A stretch of 61,551 nucleotides of DNA, the filler included, from Ionaspis alba (Eukaryota): the NCBI GenBank assembly GCA_964255285.1. It is 7 parts of 7 records of this genome, joined end to end, with 100 filler letters (N's around TTAATTAATTAA, not from the genome) between each part and the next. Parts side by side here need not be neighbours in the genome. Positions count along the whole stretch, not along the records: positions 52,861 to 61,551 come from CAXUUL010000714.1; 6 more parts are not named here. One strand, given 5' to 3'. Positions 56,755 to 61,551 of this stretch are shown here, one piece after another. Below the pieces are notes generated by a model that worked only from the letters and a program-made list of their open reading frames with translations, did no database searches and was not told the DNA's origin. Position 1 is the first letter of the stretch. The number at the start of each line of letters is the position of its first letter. The position numbers and the translations under genes are program-made.

Positions 56755-59353
56755 TCACAACTGCGACTTCAGTGTCGCAATCTTTTCGCTGACCGACTCT
56801 TTGCTCTTCAGCGTCATCACAGCTCCTCTCTGTGCGATCTGTACCAACTCTTCGATCGGCTTGGGGTTATCCTTAGCAAGTCCAGCCACCACAATCCCAA
56901 GAAAAGTATCACCAACACCATTGACGGAGATGATCTCCTCTTCTGGGACAACTTCGGCTGGAGGAAACAGGCGCAAGTAGACTCCGGCTACGTTGCTGAG
57001 GGTGTGATCATATTTGTCAAAGTGTCTTGATGCGGTTTCGTCAGGAGAGTGTAAATGGCCAAGGCCACTTCGTAGTATGGTTTTGAAGTCATCGTCTCCG
57101 TTGGCTTTACTGAAAATAATGTGCTTCTGCGCTGCTTGTGACCTAAGTCGAGGGTGTCCAGGTGGCAGAAATTGTGTCAGAAGGACCCCTTCCGGACCAA
57201 GCTTGGTGAGAATACAGGGTATATATGGCAGAAGCATTAGAGCTTGAATAGCAATATGCCGGTTGGATGGCATGGCAGGCAAGGACGATAATTTCGAAAT
57301 CAGAATCGACTCCACATACATTGACCACAGAGATTTGAAATCAAATCCTCGAGCTTGCACGAAATTGAACATGGCTTCTAGCTCCAATGCATTTGGTGAT
57401 GCAAGATCCGCAAGGCGGTAAGCCATATCGTACTTTTGGATCGGATGATCGAAGATTCGTATCGATTTTTCAACGGATACGGGCTCAAACGCGATCTTGG
57501 CTCCGACGTCTCTAGCCGCTTCGATCCATCTGCTCAGAGTAGCCGCATCCCAGTTACCATCGACAACAAGCCACTTGGGCTTGTGCCGTTCCAAGATGGG
57601 TTGCCAAAGCTTCCTGAACTCTGAGACTGTGCCCTCCAGAATTGTCATATCTGCCATGGCCATGACCAGACCTTTCTTTGCGTCATTCACTGCAACGTAT
57701 TGCGCAGTACGAGAACCATCTTCGAGGACTCTGACACCATCGACTCTCATACCACGTTGGGAGAGTGCAGTAATGGCATTATGCCCGGCTGCATCATCCC
57801 CAACAGCAGTGCTGAGGCAGACGGAGGACTCAAGATAATGAATAGCTGTGGCAACATTTTGTCCAACACCACCAAGCCTCTGTGTAATCGTCGCTGGATT
57901 GGAAGTCTCAGGTAGTGGAGTAGTCCTAGACGATGTAGGAAGATAGTCGCAGCATAGATCAATGGCCAAAGAGCCGGCAACAATGACGTCCGATCGACGG
58001 GATATCTGGCCTGACAGAACATTGCAATCTCGACGATTGCCTTGTTGAGATATGAACGGAGCTCGTTGTGAAGTCACCTTTCGTCCGTTGAGTGATGGCA
58101 AGGTAGTGCCATCTCTTCCATTACGTCGATCTCTATGAATTTAGATGCTAGATTCTGCGCTTGAGTTCGGTGGTACGTAACTCACTCGGCCAGAAGAATG
58201 CGATCACGTAGATCAAGCTTCGCTAGCTCGACAGCAACTTTGGTGCCCCGCTTGACATTTTCCTCGACGAGAATTTTGTTAGCAGTTATCGTCGATCCTC
58301 CTGTCAGTTCACGGATCCTGGCAAGAACAAACGGAGTATTATCGCTGCCGGAGATACCTCTCTCCGTCGCATCATGGATCGCCTGCGCCATGACTTCATC
58401 CATTCTCTCCTTTGAAAGAGAATGCTCCGTAGGAATGGGATTGGCAAAGAGTAGTCCAGAAGAAAGTGGCAGGGTCATCTGAGCATGTATGATAGCAGCA
58501 GCTTCTGCCTCGTCCTGTATAGCTGTTGGACTCGGTACCCCGCTATCCCTGGTCCAGAATGCTGGAAAGTCCACACGTCCATCACGTCCATCGGAAAATG
58601 TTCCCACACCAACACCTTGAGTCTCGAGATATTCCAGCGTTCGAGGAATATCGAGGAAACTCTTGCAGCCGCTACTGACCAGAGCCACTGGTGTCCGGCC
58701 GAGCTCTGTAAGATCTGCACTGATGTCCATCGAGTTCTCGCCTCCTCTATGAACACCTCCCAGACCTCCTGTGGCGAAGACCTTGATTCCAGCAAGGTGG
58801 GCGAGGATCATTGTGCCAGCAATAGTAGTCCCGCCATTCATTCTGCGACCTCTAAGACCCTGCTCGCCATTAGACACGAGCATGAACCGTCACCAGTAGC
58901 AGGCGGAGGTCGGTACCAATCCGCAGATATACCCTAAATCCCTCCTCGAGAGTTTGATTGTGCTTTCTTTGCCAGCTGACTCAAGAAGCTCAATGAGCTC
59001 TTCGGGTTGAAAGCCAATCTTTGCAACGCCATTCAAGACACCAATTGTCGCTGGAATCCCTCCATTCAATCGAACAACAGACTCCAAGTGAGAGGAAAGA
59101 GCGATGTTCTCAGGATATGGAAAGCCTAAGCAACATGAACTTGTGCAGCGTCGGTAAAGTAAACTGAAACTCACGAACCATGAGTGTAAATCGTTGTTTC
59201 CAGTGCCACGACAGGCTTTCGACTCTGAATAGCCTCTTGCACTTCCTCCGAGATTCTGAGAAACGGACTTCTGGTTGATACCATCCGCTTGAGCTTTGCT
59301 GCTGGTTTGGGTATCCCAGCAGCAAATGGCCGCCATCGTAGTGCGCTCTTCAT
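56755..59353 (-). CDS. Bifunctional pseudouridine-5'-phosphate glycosidase (PsuG/IndA) / PfkB-family pseudouridine kinase, ~4 exons
   Basis: PVVALETTIYTHG|FPYPEN; PATIGV; GGTTIAGTM; FATGGLGGVHRG; DISADLTEL; GCKSFLDI; TPFVL; PfkB part GGVGQNVA, VVDGNW, ISVNGVGDTFLG. Arg/Lys-rich N-terminus suggests a mitochondrial presequence; start is inferred. Confidence 0.92.
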
Positions 59354-59570
59354 GCTCAAAGCAATGCAGAACTGCTCCAACCTGGTAAGATACCATTTGT
59401 TGACAGTGGGACGTGGGGGTATCTCTGCAGGGCTGGATTTTCGAGATGGCGCTAGTGAAGAGCTCCGGAAAGGCCACCTCGAGCTCCTACAGATAGTCTC
59501 TAGGGTATGCAACAAGGCGCCTCTCTTCCCCTAAACTTTTGTTTTTGAAATTACTAGCGCGTCAGATTCT

Positions 59571-61200
59571 ATGATGAAGCTCGCAGCAGCTGTACTGGCC
59601 TGTTTACCCCTACTTCCCCATGTGCTCGCCGGAGATTCGAACATCAGCACACCACTGTCCTCGCAATTAATTCTTCCCAGCAATTTTAAGCCTCCTCAGG
59701 TCTTCAAAAACGTCAATCTACTTCGGAACACAAATTTAGAGAAGGGCTATGTCAAGGAGACTGTCAACGTGGTAATAGAGAATGTGGATACAAAACCGCA
59801 GGATAAATATTTCATCCCCTTCGAAGCAAGCGTGATAGGGCATGTTGGAGGGCTGCAGGTGAGAGACAAGAAGGACCCAGATGGCCCTGCTTTCGTGAGC
59901 GAGGTTGTTGAATATGATCCTTCAAGGTACGATGAAAAAGCCAGCACTCCAGTGCCTTCAATCGGAGGACTGACCAAATCTAGCTCTACACAATTCTACC
60001 GCATCAGGCTCTCGAAGCCATTAGGACCTTCAACTCAGCAAACACTGGCTATATCATACCACTTCCTCTCCTCTCTCCAACCGTTGCCCGCAGCCATTAC
60101 CCAGCAGGACAGACAGTACCTGCAATATGCCTTCTCCTCTTACGCCCCCTCGGCCTACTTCACCCAAAAGCAAAAGACGAAGGTGAAGTTCTCTGGAGTT
60201 GATGTTCCGGACTTCACTGGTGAGCCAGAGCGGCAAGGCTCCACATTTACATATGGGCCGTACGAGAATATTCCCGCAGGAGCGACTTCAATGGCAAGTG
60301 TGCGTTACGAATTCACAAAACCTGTCATCCATACCACCCTGCTCGAGAGAGATGTAGAGGTCAGCCACTGGGGAGGCAACATCGCTTTTGAGGAACGCTA
60401 CTGGCTCACGAACAAGGGAGCTGCCCTTTCAAATCACTTTTCCAGAGTGACGTGGGCTGCGACACAATACTACAATCCTCCTACGCCTGCGATCAAGGAG
60501 TTGAGGGTTCCCCTCCGCATAGGGTCAATGAATCCATACTACACAGATGACATTGGAAACATCTCAACAAGTAGATTCAGAAGCAACGCCCGGGAAGCAC
60601 TTCTCGAGCTCAAGCCTCGGTATCCTCTTTTCGGTAGCTGGAAGTTCCCATTCCGGATAGGCTGGGATGCGGATGTAAAGAAGTTCCTTTGCTCGGTCAA
60701 AGGGGATGGTTATGTACTGAAGGTTCCTTTCCTAGAAGGACCAAAGATGAGTGAGGGTGTGTCTTATGAGAAGGTTGTGCTCAGAGTAATTCTTCCAGAA
60801 GGCGCAAGGTATATTTCTATACCCTTGACGATAGAAGTGACTGATGACTTACCATCCTTATAGGAACGTGAAGTATGAAACCTCCATTCCACTTGTTGAT
60901 ACCTCGATTTCTTCACACAAAACATTCATGGACACTCTGGGCCGGACTACCCTTACGCTGACAGCGATGAATGTGATCGATGAATCCCGAGACAAGGACC
61001 TCATTGTAAGTCGTCGAGCGTCACCTATCAGGATGTAACGAAGAGGCACGTCGCTGATACGGTAAACATAGATCACATACGATTATCCCTTCACGGCAGG
61101 CTTCCGCAAGCCGATCACAATCTTCGTTGGCGTTCTTGGTGTATTTATTGGCGGGTGGGTCATTGGTAGGTTAGACATTAGCATAGGGAATAAAGAGTGA
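59571..61200 (+). CDS. OST1: Oligosaccharyltransferase subunit ribophorin I, ~4 exons
   Basis: Signal peptide; LERDVEVSHWGGNIAFEE; YYTDDIGNISTSRFR; LKPRYPLFGSWK; RVILPEGA; HKTFMDTLGRT; C-terminal TM helix (PITIFVGVLGVFIGGWVIG); stop at 61198-61200. Confidence 0.95.
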
Positions 61201-61343
61201 AAAGCTAGGTTTTTGTATTATATTCACAATGTCTCAAATTCCAGAAGATACATGGAGATAGTCTGTGAAATTGCGTTTGCCGGTGCAGTACTCAAGTGGC
61301 CTCTCATAGTCCATTGCTCTACTTTACCTCTGACAGCCACCGC

Positions 61344-61350
61344 TATAAAA
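61344..61350 (+). promoter_or_regulatory. TATA-like box of a gene lying beyond the window end
   Basis: TATAAAA followed by a CT-rich then CA-rich leader-like sequence; no CDS visible before the end. Confidence 0.35.
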
Positions 61351-61551
61351 TACAGCCATCCCCGCCCGCTTTCCTATTTCCTCTACCAGAACACATCGAC
61401 TGTACAATCACTCAACAACTCATTGGTCAATTTCCATAACCATCTTCAAATCAAGCTCCAACTTAGATCGAAATCACCAAAGCGAGGACCTTCGATAGGT
61501 CGCTCAAGGCTTGTCGAACAAGAGGCTGGCAGCCTCAACGATCCAAACACT

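Noticed and set aside
59927..59983. Stop-free in-frame intron in OST1
   Set aside because: Only 57 nt with normal splice signals; being open by chance is common at this length.
1..61551. tRNA, rRNA, snoRNA or CRISPR features
   Set aside because: None recognised by eye; tRNAscan-SE and Rfam scans are needed to exclude small RNAs, for example in the 447-nt first intron of EAF3.

Overview
Fungal nuclear DNA with short spliceosomal introns; the gene content points to a filamentous ascomycete (Pezizomycotina, inferred). The window is not one locus. It is seven ~8.7-kb contigs joined by artificial 100-nt spacers (N44-TTAATTAATTAA-N44) and sorted by decreasing length (8734, 8714, 8712, 8703, 8699, 8698, 8691 nt), so neighbourhoods are meaningful only within a contig. 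Contig 1: exgD-type GH5 glucanase, ATG12, panB, UBC8. Contig 2: Seb1/MsnA C2H2 transcription factor with ~5.8 kb of gene-free upstream DNA. Contig 3: a hypothetical gene, RIP-like AT-rich relics, and a head-to-head pair (a Zn-finger protein ending in a Sho1-like SH3, and a HeLo-like/pseudokinase-like protein). Contig 4: frameshifted cyclin-like and Nkp2-like genes, a SNF2 ATPase, EAF3. Contig 5: a deaminase-like protein, a CYP505 P450-reductase fusion, a FAR1-type protein. Contig 6: ING-like protein, QIP-like exonuclease, a degenerate poly(A)-polymerase-MJ1316 protein, DBP8. Contig 7: RMT2, a dienelactone-hydrolase-like gene, a pseudouridine glycosidase/kinase fusion, OST1. Best leads: (1) the divergent pair as a candidate sensor/executioner module with an integrated Sho1-SH3; (2) a predicted 1-nt exon plus 3-nt and 8-nt microexons in UBC8; (3) a 774-nt stop-free in-frame intron in EAF3; (4) a deaminase-fold effector candidate; (5) a catalytically degenerate nucleotidyltransferase fused to MJ1316. 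All family assignments come from recognising motifs by eye; no searches were run.
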